Source of the DNA: Longimicrobiales bacterium
GTDB lineage: Bacteria; Gemmatimonadota; Gemmatimonadetes; Longimicrobiales; Gaopeijiaceae
Length of the DNA: 64,000 bases
Assembly (NCBI GenBank): GCA_965219445.1
Contig: CBDCNQ010000004.1
Span: forward strand, 128,001-192,000
Reading direction: 5' to 3'
Part shown: in pieces, positions 50,605-61,213 of the stretch
Layout: every line of letters begins with the position of its first letter
Numbering within the stretch: position 1 is the stretch's first letter
The notes under the pieces: generated by a model
What the model was told of the DNA's origin: nothing
Databases searched by the model: none
The model's input: the letters and a program-made list of their open reading frames with translations, nothing else
Translations under genes and position numbers: made by a program

Positions 50605-51258
50605 TCAAGATTTTTCCGCGAGAAGCCGATCGATCCGGTCTTGAAGTTCGCGAATCGCATTCGATAAGTCGATGGCTCGATCGGTCCGACGGCCCTCGGC
50701 CAAAACGATGCTCCGAACGTCGTTGATAGCGTGATCGAGGTTCTCATTGACCACGATGTAGTCGAACCGGGACGCCTGTTCCAACTCACCGCGGGCGTTC
50801 TCGATCCGCTGGGTCACGTTGTCTTCTCCCTCGGTACCCCGCTCGGTGAGGCGCTCCACCAGCGCATCCGCCGAGGGAGGCAGCACGAACACGAGAACCG
50901 CGTCCGGGACACGATCTCGCATCTGCATCGCCCCCTGAACGTCGACATCCAAGATCAGGAACCGCCCCTCTTCGCGAGCGGCCTGAAGCGCCTCCCGCGA
51001 GGTCCCGTACAGGTGGCCATGCACCTCGGCCCATTCGACCAACTCGTCGGCCTCGATCATCGCACGGAAGTCCGCCTCGGACAGGAAGTGATAGTCGACA
51101 CCGTCAACCTCGTGGTCCCGGGCAGGACGTGTCGTCGCGGAGACCGAGAAGACGACGTCCTCGATTTCCTTTACCAGAGCTCTCGCTATCGAGGTCTTTC
51201 CGGCTCCACTGGGCGCCGAGAGCACGACCGGGCAGGTCCGGTGCGCGAGTGAACTCAC
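50605..51258 (-). CDS. gmk: Guanylate kinase
   Basis: APSGAGKT, SATTR, E.DGVDYHF, YGT. Confidence 0.97.
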   Translation of the reverse strand: MSSLAHRTCPVVLSAPSGAGKTSIARALVKEIEDVVFSVSATTRPARDHEVDGVDYHFLSEADFRAMIEADELVEWAEVHGHLYGTSREALQAAREEGRFLILDVDVQGAMQMRDRVPDAVLVFVLPPSADALVERLTERGTEGEDNVTQRIENARGELEQASRFDYIVVNENLDHAINDVRSIVLAEGRRTDRAIDLSNAIRELQDRIDRLLAEKS

Positions 51259-52148
51259 TCGACGTTCTCCAACTGCTCCCGTAGTCGCTCGACCTCTTCC
51301 TTGAGACTCACGGCCGTCTGCGCGATCTGTGCGTCGTTGGCCTTGGACCCGATCGTGTTGGCCTCCCGATTCATCTCTTGGACGAGGAAGCCGAGCCTCT
51401 TCCCGACCGGCTCGCTGGCTTCGGTTTGCAGTGCCTCATTGAACAGTTCGACGTGGGAGCGGAATCGTACGATCTCTTCACTGATATCCCACTTCTCGGC
51501 GAGGTACGCGATTTCTCTCGCCAAGCGATCCTCGTCGACGGAGTGCGACTCGATCAGTTCGGCCACGGCCGTCCGTAACCGGTCACGCTCCACGACCAGG
51601 CGCTCCGGGGCATTTGCTTCGACTTGGACCAATGCCTCCTCGATGGCCTGCAGATGCTCTTCCAGGTCTCGTTGCAGCCGCGACCCCTCGGCTTCCCTCA
51701 GCAGAACCACCTCCGCAGCGGCCGCTTCCGTCAGCCTATGGATCACTTCCCCCTCCACCAGAGCCGACGCGTTTTCCCGCTCCGGGGCCCGGAAAATCTC
51801 ACCGAAACGGGAGACGTGTGACACGTCCACTGGAGCTTCGAGCTCGAGCTCACGCCGAAGGGTCTCGAGAAGCTCGCCGTACCGCTTTGCGCGCTCCAGA
51901 TCCAGTTCCGGAAGTGTGTCGTTCGCCTCTGTCGTATCCCGATCGATGGACAGTGTGCACGTGACGTGACCCCGACTCAGAAACGGCCTGAGCCAGGACT
52001 GGATGTCACTCTCGAAGCGGTCGAAGCCGGTGGGAGTGCGCATGTTCACGTTGAGGAAACGATGGTTGACGGTCTTGATCTCGACACGCGCGACGCCTGC
52101 CGCAGTCACCTCCTCAGCCTCGCCGAAGCCCGTCATGCTTCTGATCAT
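51255..52148 (-). CDS. yicC: YicC/YloC family endoribonuclease
   Basis: MIRSMTGFG, VNHRFL, QEMNREANTIGSK, REQLENVE. Confidence 0.96.
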   Translation of the reverse strand: MIRSMTGFGEAEEVTAAGVARVEIKTVNHRFLNVNMRTPTGFDRFESDIQSWLRPFLSRGHVTCTLSIDRDTTEANDTLPELDLERAKRYGELLETLRRELELEAPVDVSHVSRFGEIFRAPERENASALVEGEVIHRLTEAAAAEVVLLREAEGSRLQRDLEEHLQAIEEALVQVEANAPERLVVERDRLRTAVAELIESHSVDEDRLAREIAYLAEKWDISEEIVRFRSHVELFNEALQTEASEPVGKRLGFLVQEMNREANTIGSKANDAQIAQTAVSLKEEVERLREQLENVE

Positions 52149-52164
52149 CTGCGTATCCCAGCCA

Positions 52165-54081
52165 TCAGTTGTTCATGATCCAACGAATACCGTAAATGGC
52201 GCGGTACCTTGGCTGTCGACGGTCCGGGAAGTCCACGTTGTCGCTCTTGCCCCTGATGTTCTCCCAGCGGATGAAGAGATTGAGCGTCACGATTCGTACC
52301 TGAATATGTGTGTACCAATCCTCCAAGAGGGGCACCACAACGAGATCCGGGACCCTGGGATCGCCACCGGGCTCCAAAATCCCGATCGGCATCGGATCTC
52401 GCCTGGTCACACCAAGTCCGCCCCATACCTCCAGGTTTCGTGATTCCTTGAAGATGCCGTGATACGTGAGCGCCCCGTCCCAGAGACGCCTCGGAAGGTA
52501 CGCGAGATCGGCATCCCACGCTTGCACCGCCGCTTCGAGTGCAAACCCCCTCAACGGAAGGGGTATCCTGGCCGTAGCTTCGAAGCCCATGCGCTCGCCT
52601 CCTGCCACAGAGATTCCATCGGGATCGAGAGCGAGCCCGAGGGGACGGAGCGAATCGGCCTCCATCGACAGCCAAGCTCCCGAGAAATGGAAGTCTCGCC
52701 AAGAGAGCCTGCCCCCGGCCCGGATTCCTGTGCGGTTCGTGAAGCGTGGACGGGGTTTTTCGACAGGGGGAGGCGGGAGCGGTGGGCCGAGCCTGAGAGA
52801 CCGAAGGTACGCCTCGTATTCCGACACGAACGGCGCCCCCGTCTTCCCATCCTCATAGGAGGCGAACAGCGAGAATCCCCAGACGGGTGCCGTTTCAATC
52901 CTCGCTCGCCAGGACGTGGCATACTGGCCGACCCACCGCTCGACTCGCATCGATCCATCCAGTGTCGCCCCCGACGGATGGGCGCCTCCCGCCGCTACTT
53001 CATAATCCTCACCCTGCACGCCATGGCCGGAGAATCGGCGCGCCGCGCCCTGAGCCCACAGGTTTCCGAGCGTGTACTTGGTCCGGAGTCCGAGCTGTGT
53101 ACGACGGATATCGAGTGCACCGTAGACGGGCTCTTCTGGGCCCCCGGCCAACGTCGACGCACCCCAATAGCCCTCTCCGATCAGCCCCTCGGCCAGACGC
53201 CACCGTGCTCGAAGGTTCCAGTCGTTCCGTGTCAAGCCGGTGACGAGGTCGGCAACGTCCGTGCGGGGAGCCACACGCCTCATCTCCGCCACGATGCCAC
53301 CCCGATCCCCGCGGGACACTGCGTATCGAAGTGCGAAGCCGCTCAGTGAGCCGCCCTCAGCCAGGCCCGGTCCTCTTGTCTCCAAACGGTCGAAGGCCAA
53401 AGTGAGCGCCCCCCGGAGGGCGTTGGGATGGACGAAAACGCCACGGAGGAGATTGGTTCCCAGATCGCCGGTCCCCACATGCACCAGGGTGGCTGGATCC
53501 GGCCCCGTCGGCTCTCGGGTTCTGAGCTCGATGCGTAACTCTCCGGGCAGCCGCTCCACTCGGACCTCGGCCAAGCCCGCGATGCCAATTCGGGACAGGT
53601 CGGGCACGGCACCATCGAGCGGTACCCACTCGAAACCATCCGACAGAACCCGGACGCGGCCGCCCCCCACACCGAACGACATCACGGTCACCGGGGTCCC
53701 GTAGTCACCCCCTTTCAGGGCGATCACGCCGGGAATGAGGCTGACGAGCTCCGCCACAGTGACCGCCCTCGTCGACGCGAGCGCCTCGCGATCCCAGGAC
53801 CAGACCGCCAAGCCGACCGAGGGCCCCGGACCCGACGTGATCGTGGGCAGCATCGGGGGTGCCACACTACCTGAATCGGCGAGGATCGCACTCGAGTCGG
53901 GGAGGATCGCGCTGGAATCGGCCTCGGCAACTCCGGGCGCCGGGCCGGTGGAGTCGGCTCCGGCCAAAAGCGTATCCGCCGGCGGGCCCGCGATGCCCGG
54001 GATTTGCGCCACAGCCGCGGACGGGACGAGGCCCACCGAAAGCATCAGCGCGGTAAGAGCAAGCCGCGCAGCGAGATTCAC
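52165..54081 (-). CDS. Outer-membrane protein with plug-like N-domain and beta-barrel (TonB-receptor-like)
   Basis: GTG 54081 overlaps the pepA stop; signal peptide; ELVSLIPGV..RVLSDG plug-like motif; C-terminal YGIRW. Confidence 0.7.
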   Translation of the reverse strand: MNLAARLALTALMLSVGLVPSAAVAQIPGIAGPPADTLLAGADSTGPAPGVAEADSSAILPDSSAILADSGSVAPPMLPTITSGPGPSVGLAVWSWDREALASTRAVTVAELVSLIPGVIALKGGDYGTPVTVMSFGVGGGRVRVLSDGFEWVPLDGAVPDLSRIGIAGLAEVRVERLPGELRIELRTREPTGPDPATLVHVGTGDLGTNLLRGVFVHPNALRGALTLAFDRLETRGPGLAEGGSLSGFALRYAVSRGDRGGIVAEMRRVAPRTDVADLVTGLTRNDWNLRARWRLAEGLIGEGYWGASTLAGGPEEPVYGALDIRRTQLGLRTKYTLGNLWAQGAARRFSGHGVQGEDYEVAAGGAHPSGATLDGSMRVERWVGQYATSWRARIETAPVWGFSLFASYEDGKTGAPFVSEYEAYLRSLRLGPPLPPPPVEKPRPRFTNRTGIRAGGRLSWRDFHFSGAWLSMEADSLRPLGLALDPDGISVAGGERMGFEATARIPLPLRGFALEAAVQAWDADLAYLPRRLWDGALTYHGIFKESRNLEVWGGLGVTRRDPMPIGILEPGGDPRVPDLVVVPLLEDWYTHIQVRIVTLNLFIRWENIRGKSDNVDFPDRRQPRYRAIYGIRWIMNN

Positions 54082-55574
54082 CCTGCTCGACTCCGCACCC
54101 AGTCGACCAGAAGCCTCGTGGGGAAGCCGGCGGCGCCTTTTCGCTGGTAGGACAGCTTGCCCTCGCCGTAGGCCGTTCCCGCGACGTCGAGATGCGCCCA
54201 AAGGCAATCCCCCACGAATTCCTTCAGGAAACAAGCCGCCGTAATACTCCCTCCCGCGCGGCCCCCAACGTTGACGAGGTCCGCGACCTCGCTGTCGATC
54301 TGCCGCCGATAATCGTCCCAGAGCGGGAGAGGCCAACAGCGCTCCCCCGACCGCTCTCCCGCCTCCCTCAACTCAGCGACCAGATTCTCATCCGTGCTAA
54401 AGACAGCCGCTGCATGGTGACCCAACGCGACGACGACGGAGCCTGTGAGGGTCGCACAGTCGACGATCGCGGCCGGGTTGAGGCCTCGGGCGTAGGAGAG
54501 GGCATCCGCGAGAAGCAAGCGCCCCTCGGCATCGGTGTTGACCACCTCGATCGTCTTCCCCTCACGTGACCCGATGATGTCGCCCGGCCTCATGGCTCGG
54601 CCGTTGATCAAGTTCTCAGACGAGGGGACGATCCCCACCACGTTGAGGGGAACCTTCAACTCGGCGATGCCCTGCATCGCTCCGATGACGGCGGCCCCCC
54701 CGGACATATCGAAGATCATATCCTCCATGCCGCTGGCCGGTTTGATCGAGATCCCCCCCGCATCGAACGTGAGCCCTTTCCCGACCAGGACCAGGGGCGC
54801 CTCGCCGTCGGGGCCCCCGTCATGGCGCAGCACGATCAGGCGTGGTTCCTGAGCCGATCCCTGAGCGACAGACAGCAGTGCATGCATGCGCTCCGCCTCG
54901 AGTTCTTCCGGCCCCATGATCGTGACTTCCAGGCCATGCTCACCGGCCATTCTCGAGGCTTCATCGGCCAGATGTGAAGGCGTCGCGACGTTCCCCGGTC
55001 GCGACTGCAGCGTCCGGGCAAAGTTGGCGGCCCGTCCCACCGCGCCACCCGCGTGGACCCCGGCCTCCCCCGTGTCAAGATCCTCGGGGTCGACCATGAC
55101 CTCGAAATCCGACACGTCGACGGGACCGTCGTCCTCGTCCGGGCTCTTCATTTCCGTGAAGCGCCATGCCGCCAAGACGGCGCCTTCGGTGGTGGCCTGC
55201 ACCGCACCCTCGGACACATGCGATCCGAGATATGCGGTAAGGCCCGAGACCCCGACGGCCTCCGCCGCCCTAACCGCGTGGCCCGCAAAGCGTCGTGTCG
55301 CCTCGAGGTCGAACTCCGACGGCTTCCCGGCTCCGAGAAGAAGCACACGCCGGGGGCCGCTGCCCTCTTTCAGATAGACGAAGGCGCTTTCACCCGGCTT
55401 GTGCTTCAGATCCTCCGCTGGACAAGCACCGGAAATCACCTCTGAGAGACCGGCTGGCACAAGGACCTCGGCCTTGTGCACCTCGGCCTCCTCCTCGGAC
55501 TCGTGAACGGGAAGGACCAGGAGCGGCGTGGCGTGGGCGGCCGCATCGGCCGAAGAAACGTGGCTGACGTTCAT
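54078..55574 (-). CDS. pepA: Leucyl aminopeptidase (M17)
   Basis: GKGLTFDAGGISIKP, NTDAEGRL, ATLTG, HLDVAG. Confidence 0.96.
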   Translation of the reverse strand: MNVSHVSSADAAAHATPLLVLPVHESEEEAEVHKAEVLVPAGLSEVISGACPAEDLKHKPGESAFVYLKEGSGPRRVLLLGAGKPSEFDLEATRRFAGHAVRAAEAVGVSGLTAYLGSHVSEGAVQATTEGAVLAAWRFTEMKSPDEDDGPVDVSDFEVMVDPEDLDTGEAGVHAGGAVGRAANFARTLQSRPGNVATPSHLADEASRMAGEHGLEVTIMGPEELEAERMHALLSVAQGSAQEPRLIVLRHDGGPDGEAPLVLVGKGLTFDAGGISIKPASGMEDMIFDMSGGAAVIGAMQGIAELKVPLNVVGIVPSSENLINGRAMRPGDIIGSREGKTIEVVNTDAEGRLLLADALSYARGLNPAAIVDCATLTGSVVVALGHHAAAVFSTDENLVAELREAGERSGERCWPLPLWDDYRRQIDSEVADLVNVGGRAGGSITAACFLKEFVGDCLWAHLDVAGTAYGEGKLSYQRKGAAGFPTRLLVDWVRSRAG

Positions 55575-55588
55575 GGATTCGCTTCCAG

Positions 55589-56824
55589 CTACATGTGCTC
55601 GATGACGGCCTGGCCGAACTCTGACGTCTTCAGAATCCGCCCACCGTCCATCTGACGTTCCAGATCGTAAGTCACCGTCTTGGCACCCACCGCCCCCTCC
55701 ATGCCGCGCAGCACGGCCTCAGCGGCTTCGTCCCAGCCCATGTGTTCCAGCATCATGACCGCCGAAAGGATTAACGACCCCGGGTTCACCTTGTCCTGGC
55801 CCGTATACTTGGGCGCCGTACCGTGCGTCGCCTCGAACAACGCGACATCGTCCCCCACGTTGGCGCCAGGCGCCATCCCCAATCCACCCACCTGGGCCGC
55901 GCAGGCATCCGACAGGTAGTCGCCATTCAGATTCGGCGTGATGAGTATGTCGTACTCGTCAGGACGCATCAGAACTTGCTGGAACATGGCGTCGGCGATG
56001 CGGTCGTTGATCAAGAGCTTGCCCGTCGGATCCGCGCCGTCCCACACGGCCGATTCGGCGATCGTGCTGTCAGCAAACTCCTCTGCAGCCGCCTCGTACC
56101 CCCAGTCCCGGAACGCGCCCTCGGTGAACTTCATGATGTTGCCCTTGTGGACGAGCGTGGCCGAGCGCCGCTTTCGCTCCAGTCCATAACGAATCGCCGC
56201 TGCCACATGGCGCTTCGTGCCGAAGGCGCTCATCGGCTTGATCCCGATTCCGCTCTTTTCGCGGATGTTCGTACCCAGTTCCTCCACCAAGAAGGCGCGT
56301 ACCTTGTCCGCCTCGGGGGTGCCCGAAGCCCACTCGATCCCTGCGTATAAACCCTCCGTGTTCTCACGAAAGATGATGACGTCGAGCCTCTCAGGCTCCC
56401 TCATGGGAGACGGGACGCCCTCGATCCAGCGCACCGGACGGATGCAGGAATAGAGATCGAGAACCTGCCTCAACGTCACGTTCAGAGAGCGAATCCCCCC
56501 ACCGACCGGCGTGGTGAGCGGACCCTTGATGCCCACTTTGAAGTCCCGAAGTGCGTCGAAGGTCTCTTCGGGAATCCACTCTCCGGTTTTTGTATTGGAT
56601 TTTTCGCCGGCATAAATCTCCATCCAGATGATCTGCCGCGCCCCTTGGTAGGCATGCTCGATAGACGTGTCGACAACGGCCTGTGTGGCCCGCCAGATGT
56701 CGGGGCCGATGCCATCACCTTCGATGAAGGGGATGATCGGTCGGTCCGGCACCACCAACTCATCGCCCCCGTAGGTGATTTTGTCCCCATCCGCCGGTAT
56801 CACCGCGTGCGTGTAGTTGGCCAA
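55589..56824 (-). CDS. icd: NADP-dependent isocitrate dehydrogenase
   Basis: [45 protein letters not shown]; start estimated at TTG 56824. Confidence 0.96.
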   Translation of the reverse strand: MANYTHAVIPADGDKITYGGDELVVPDRPIIPFIEGDGIGPDIWRATQAVVDTSIEHAYQGARQIIWMEIYAGEKSNTKTGEWIPEETFDALRDFKVGIKGPLTTPVGGGIRSLNVTLRQVLDLYSCIRPVRWIEGVPSPMREPERLDVIIFRENTEGLYAGIEWASGTPEADKVRAFLVEELGTNIREKSGIGIKPMSAFGTKRHVAAAIRYGLERKRRSATLVHKGNIMKFTEGAFRDWGYEAAAEEFADSTIAESAVWDGADPTGKLLINDRIADAMFQQVLMRPDEYDILITPNLNGDYLSDACAAQVGGLGMAPGANVGDDVALFEATHGTAPKYTGQDKVNPGSLILSAVMMLEHMGWDEAAEAVLRGMEGAVGAKTVTYDLERQMDGGRILKTSEFGQAVIEHM

Positions 56825-56999
56825 AGAGCACCCCAGGGTGTTGTCGTAGATGTTCGGATTGTCTAGGCCCCGCAGCGATGGGACAGGGCTGGTAAGCCAC
56901 AAAAGATACCCCCGGGGGAAGGGGTCGCCAATGGCCGGTAGAGATCCCGAGAAGCCCTTCACTTGCATGGATCGTCTGTCCAGCCGATCTTCCTGGTCA

Positions 57000-57024
57000 C
57001 TAGATGAGATCGGTTCTCAACTAG
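57000..57024. promoter_or_regulatory. Fur-box-like palindrome upstream of the Fe3+ ABC genes
   Basis: CTAGATGAGA-TCGGT-TCTCAACTAG; core resembles the 7-1-7 TGAGAAT-N-ATTCTCA. Confidence 0.55.
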
Positions 57025-57046
57025 CCCCATCTGATCAGGAGGGTTT

Positions 57047-58102
57047 GTGATGAAGCGCTTGACCGGGGGTCGCCCTTTGATGGCCATGGGCGTCGTTTTC
57101 TTGGCGGCTTGTTCAGGGGATAGTGGCGGCGATGGCACCTCCGGGGACGCCGGCGTCGTGAATGTCTATAGTCACCGGCACTACGACACGGATCAAGAGC
57201 TCTTTCGACGCTTCACCGAGTCGACGGGTATTCGGGTGAACGTCCAGACGGCATCGGCCGACGAGTTGATCACCCGCCTCGAGACCGAGGGCGCCGACAC
57301 GGAAGCGGACATCCTGGTCACGGTGGATGCGGGCCGGCTCCAGCGAGCTAAAGTACGCGGGCTCCTTCGTGCGGTGTCCTCCGAGACGCTCCACAAGAAC
57401 GTCCCCGACCATCTGCGGGATCCGGAAGGTTATTGGTACGGCCTGACCCAGCGTGGTCGGGTGATCGTCTACTCCAAGGATCGCGTTTCGCCCAAGGATC
57501 TTTCGACCTACGAAGACCTCGCCGACCCCAAGTGGCGGGGCAAGATCCTCGTACGCAGCTCCGAGAACATCTACAACCAGTCCCTCCTCGCCTCGATCAT
57601 CGCCATCCACGGCGACGACCGAGCCGAACGTTGGGCGGAGGGCGTCGTCGAGAACATGGCCCGCGCGCCGCAGGGTGCAGATCGCGATCAAGTCCGCGAT
57701 GTCGCGGCCGGCGTGGGTGACCTCGCCATCGTGAACACCTATTACCTCGGCCTCCTGTTCAACGGCGAAGACCAACGCGACCGTGCCCTCGCCGACAAAG
57801 TGGGCGTCTTCTTTCCCAACCAAGGCGATCGCGGCGCGCACATGAACGTGAGTGGCGCGGGCGTGACCGCTCATGCACCCAACCCGGACAACGCGTTGCG
57901 GCTCTTGGAGTTCCTGACGGATACCGAAGCCCAGACCGGGTACGCGGAAGCCAACTACGAGTATCCGGTGAAGCCGGGCATCCAGTGGGCGCAGACCCTC
58001 ACCAAATGGGGAGAATTTCGTCCTGATACTCTGAACCTTTCCGTTCTGGGCGAGCTCAACGCACGCGCCGTCATGGTCTTCGACCGGGCCGGCTGGCGAT
58101 AA
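57047..58102 (+). CDS. fbpA: Fe(3+) ABC transporter substrate-binding lipoprotein (FutA/FbpA)
   Basis: Lipobox LAAC; VYSHRHY, VDAGRL, NIYNQSL, NTYY, ANYEYP. Confidence 0.93.
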   Translation: MMKRLTGGRPLMAMGVVFLAACSGDSGGDGTSGDAGVVNVYSHRHYDTDQELFRRFTESTGIRVNVQTASADELITRLETEGADTEADILVTVDAGRLQRAKVRGLLRAVSSETLHKNVPDHLRDPEGYWYGLTQRGRVIVYSKDRVSPKDLSTYEDLADPKWRGKILVRSSENIYNQSLLASIIAIHGDDRAERWAEGVVENMARAPQGADRDQVRDVAAGVGDLAIVNTYYLGLLFNGEDQRDRALADKVGVFFPNQGDRGAHMNVSGAGVTAHAPNPDNALRLLEFLTDTEAQTGYAEANYEYPVKPGIQWAQTLTKWGEFRPDTLNLSVLGELNARAVMVFDRAGWR

Positions 58103-58146
58103 GAGGGGCCATCGCGGTACCTGCAGACAATCCGGTGCGCTGAGTC

Positions 58147-59862
58147 ATGGCGACGCCCATAGACGCGAAGGCCCGGAGCGTTTCCGACGCGCTCCGGGCT
58201 TTTCGTTATCGGTGGCGGGGGGGGTTCCGAGAGGGCTTCACACGGTGGAGTGCCTCCGCCCTGGTGGTGGTGGCCCTGACGGTTCTGCCGCTCGTCGTGA
58301 TCCTGTTCGGCGTGTTCGGACGCCGGAGCGAAATGTGGGGGCACCTGGTCGATACGGTCCTGCCCGTGTACGTGGGGAACTCCGCCATCCTCATGCTCGG
58401 CGTGGGTGTCTTGTCCCTCGTGATCGGGCTCGCGCCGGCCTGGCTCGTGTCGGCGTACGACTTTCCGGGTCGGCGGACATTCGAGTGGGCCTTGGTCCTA
58501 CCCTTGGCGATCCCCACGTACATCATCGCCTACACGTACGCCGGAGTCTTCGAGTACGACAACCTGATCCCGAGTGCACTGAGCGCCGTATGGCCTGGTA
58601 TGGAAGTGTGGCGTATCCGCTCCGCTGTCATGTCCCGGGAGGGAGCCATGGTCATGATGGCGCTCGTGCTCTACCCGTACGTGTACGTCATCGCCCGAGC
58701 GTCCTTCCTCCGACAATCCGGTACCGTACTGGAGATGGCGCGTACCCTGGGGCGCGGCCCCTGGGACACGTTTTTTCGAGTCGCCCTCCCGATGTCGAGG
58801 CCGGCCGTGGCCGGCGGCCTGACGCTGGTTCTGATGGAGGTGCTCAACGACTACGGAGCCGTAAAGTATTTCGGCATACCGACATTCACGACGGGCATCT
58901 TCCGAGCGTGGTTCCCACTGAACGACCCGATCGCGGCCATGCGCCTGTCCGGCATCCTACTCCTGTTCGTCTTCACGCTTATCATCTTCGAGCGCATTCA
59001 ACGCGGGCGCGCCCGCTTCGATGACGGCGCACGTGGGTATCGGCCCGCCATAAGACGAGGGCTGAGTCGGCGTGCCCGTTGCCTCGCGACGAGCGTGTGC
59101 CTCCTGCCGCTGACGTTGGGGTTTCTTGTGCCGGTCTCCCAGTTGGCGGCGTGGGCCGGACGCGCCGGAGCGGGAGCCCTCGACGCGCGATTCTTGCGAC
59201 TCATCCTGAACAGTTTCTCTCTGGCGCTTACCGCCGCGCTCATCGCGGTGCTAGGGGCGCTCCTGATCGGATATGCCGCACGGCTGAGTCCAACCCCGTT
59301 GCTCCGACTGGCGTCGAAGGTCGCCGTTCTCGGCTATTCGATTCCGGGCGCGGTGGTCGCCGTGGGCGTCTTCCTGCCCTTCGTGTGGATGGACCGACGG
59401 CTGAACGCGTTCATGACGGCGGCCTTCGATGCTCCCACGGGACTCCTGTTGAGTGGAACATTGCTGGCACTGATTTTCGCCTACGTCGTGCGCTTTCTCG
59501 CGGTGGCCCTGAACCCCATCGAGTCTGGCTTCAAGCGTCTTTGTGGCAACCTCGACGACACGTCGAGATCGTTGGGTGTCCCCCCGCTGAAAACGCTTTG
59601 GAAGGTGGATCTACCCCTGCTCCGCGGCACCCTGATCAGTGCGGCGCTCCTCGTCTTCGTCGACGTTCTCAAGGAGCTTCCCCTTACACTGATTCTCCGC
59701 CCCTTCAACTTCGACACGCTGGCGACCCGCGCGTTTCAACTCGCGACGGACGAGCAGTTGGCCCGGTCTGCTGTACCGGCGCTCCTCATCATCGCCGTCG
59801 GACTCGTGCCCGTGATCGTGCTGAACAAGCTGATTGGGGGCGGGGGTAGGGAGTCGTCGTAA
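58147..59862 (+). CDS. fbpB: Fe(3+) ABC transporter permease
   Basis: Two ABC-TM halves; YPYVY, E.ARTLG, LNDYG, KELPLTLILRPFNFDTLA. Confidence 0.94.
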   Translation: MATPIDAKARSVSDALRAFRYRWRGGFREGFTRWSASALVVVALTVLPLVVILFGVFGRRSEMWGHLVDTVLPVYVGNSAILMLGVGVLSLVIGLAPAWLVSAYDFPGRRTFEWALVLPLAIPTYIIAYTYAGVFEYDNLIPSALSAVWPGMEVWRIRSAVMSREGAMVMMALVLYPYVYVIARASFLRQSGTVLEMARTLGRGPWDTFFRVALPMSRPAVAGGLTLVLMEVLNDYGAVKYFGIPTFTTGIFRAWFPLNDPIAAMRLSGILLLFVFTLIIFERIQRGRARFDDGARGYRPAIRRGLSRRARCLATSVCLLPLTLGFLVPVSQLAAWAGRAGAGALDARFLRLILNSFSLALTAALIAVLGALLIGYAARLSPTPLLRLASKVAVLGYSIPGAVVAVGVFLPFVWMDRRLNAFMTAAFDAPTGLLLSGTLLALIFAYVVRFLAVALNPIESGFKRLCGNLDDTSRSLGVPPLKTLWKVDLPLLRGTLISAALLVFVDVLKELPLTLILRPFNFDTLATRAFQLATDEQLARSAVPALLIIAVGLVPVIVLNKLIGGGGRESS

Positions 59863-59869
59863 GGAGAAG

Positions 59870-60032
59870 TAGGGTGAGGAAGATCGTTTCGGCGATATAC
59901 GTATGTTTTGATATGGGTGATCGAAGTCGCAGAAGTTGGCGTGGGAGTGGGCGCGGTTGGAGTATCTTCTCCCCCACAACTCCCCAAAAGCAGTGAAAAC
60001 AACAGGGCACTCAACGCAACGGTACTCTTCAT
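59870..60032 (-). pseudogene. 5' remnant of a lipoprotein gene
   Basis: ATG 60032: MKSTVALSALLFSLLLGS-CGGEDTPTAPTPTPT, after which the frame runs antisense into fbpB. Confidence 0.5.
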
Positions 60033-60217
60033 ACGACCATCGTCCCCCAGAAGTGTTTTCACAACGTACTCGCCTCACCGGACGCGCAAAACACTGCCGC
60101 GCCGCATCGAGGCTGACGGCTTTTCCCCTTGACATGCGCCCGGGAATCCGACTAGGTCACGGCACGCCGATTCCTGGGAGGAACCATAAAGGGTCGGCGA
60201 TTCGAGGAGGCATGAAG

Positions 60218-61183
60218 ATGTCCAGGGTGTTTTTCGTCAATGGTCAAAGCGAGCGGGTGGCGGAGATCTTCTCGGAGGAGGCGCCTCGCGAGGGGTTTGA
60301 GCTGACCTGGCTACCCCGTCGTGTCAGCGACGAGGAGAAACTCCCCTTGATGCGGGAGGCGGACTTCCTGGTCCTCCACCCGGCCCAGATCTCTGAGGAC
60401 CTCCTGCGAGCGGCCAAGACGCTGCGCCTGATCCAACTCTTGACCGCCGGCTATGACAAGATAGACCTGGGCCTTACCGCCGAGTTGGGTATCCCGGTGG
60501 CTACCAACGGCGGGGCCAACGCCTGGTCGGTGGCCGAGCACACTGTTGCCCTCCTCTTGGCTCTTTACAAGCGTCTCATCCAGTGTGACCGGGCGATGCG
60601 GGAGGGACGGTGGCGGGAGCCGATTTCGGGGTTCAACACTTTTGAGGTGGCGGGCAAAACCCTGGGCCTGGTTGGGGCGGGGAACATCGGCCGGAAAGTA
60701 GCCCGGCGCTTGGCGGCGTTCGAGGCCCGGGTCATATACTACGACGTCGTGTCCGCCCCCGAGATAGAGAAAGATCTAGGGGCCCGCCGAGTCTCTCTGG
60801 AGGAGTTACTGCGGGAGGCAGACATCATCAGCCTGCATGTCCCCGCCACCCCGGAGACCGAGGGGATCATCGGGCGGGAAGCACTGGGCATGATGAAGCC
60901 CACCACCGTCCTACTCAACACCAGCCGCGGGCCCGCGGTGGACGAGGAGGCCCTGGTCGAGGCCTTGAGGGAGAATCGCATCGCTGGAGCGGGGCTGGAT
61001 GTCTTTTGCACGGAACCCTTCCCCGCCGATCATCCTTTCGTGCAGCAGGACAATGTCGTCCTTTCACCCCATGTCGCGGGGCATGGATACGAGGGCTGGT
61101 TCCGCCGGTCCCGTTTTGCGTGGGAGAACATCCGGTGTGTGGCGACGGGTGAACCCCCACTTTCTGTGGTGCTTCCTAAGTGA
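60218..61183 (+). CDS. D-isomer-specific 2-hydroxyacid dehydrogenase
   Basis: AGYDKID, SVAEH, GAGNIG, SLHVP, NTSRG, LDVF..EP, SPHVAG; GAGGAGG RBS (alternative ATG 60212). Confidence 0.94.
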   Translation: MSRVFFVNGQSERVAEIFSEEAPREGFELTWLPRRVSDEEKLPLMREADFLVLHPAQISEDLLRAAKTLRLIQLLTAGYDKIDLGLTAELGIPVATNGGANAWSVAEHTVALLLALYKRLIQCDRAMREGRWREPISGFNTFEVAGKTLGLVGAGNIGRKVARRLAAFEARVIYYDVVSAPEIEKDLGARRVSLEELLREADIISLHVPATPETEGIIGREALGMMKPTTVLLNTSRGPAVDEEALVEALRENRIAGAGLDVFCTEPFPADHPFVQQDNVVLSPHVAGHGYEGWFRRSRFAWENIRCVATGEPPLSVVLPK

Positions 61184-61213
61184 GTGCTTCCTAAGTCAAG
61201 GGAGGGTTAGACC

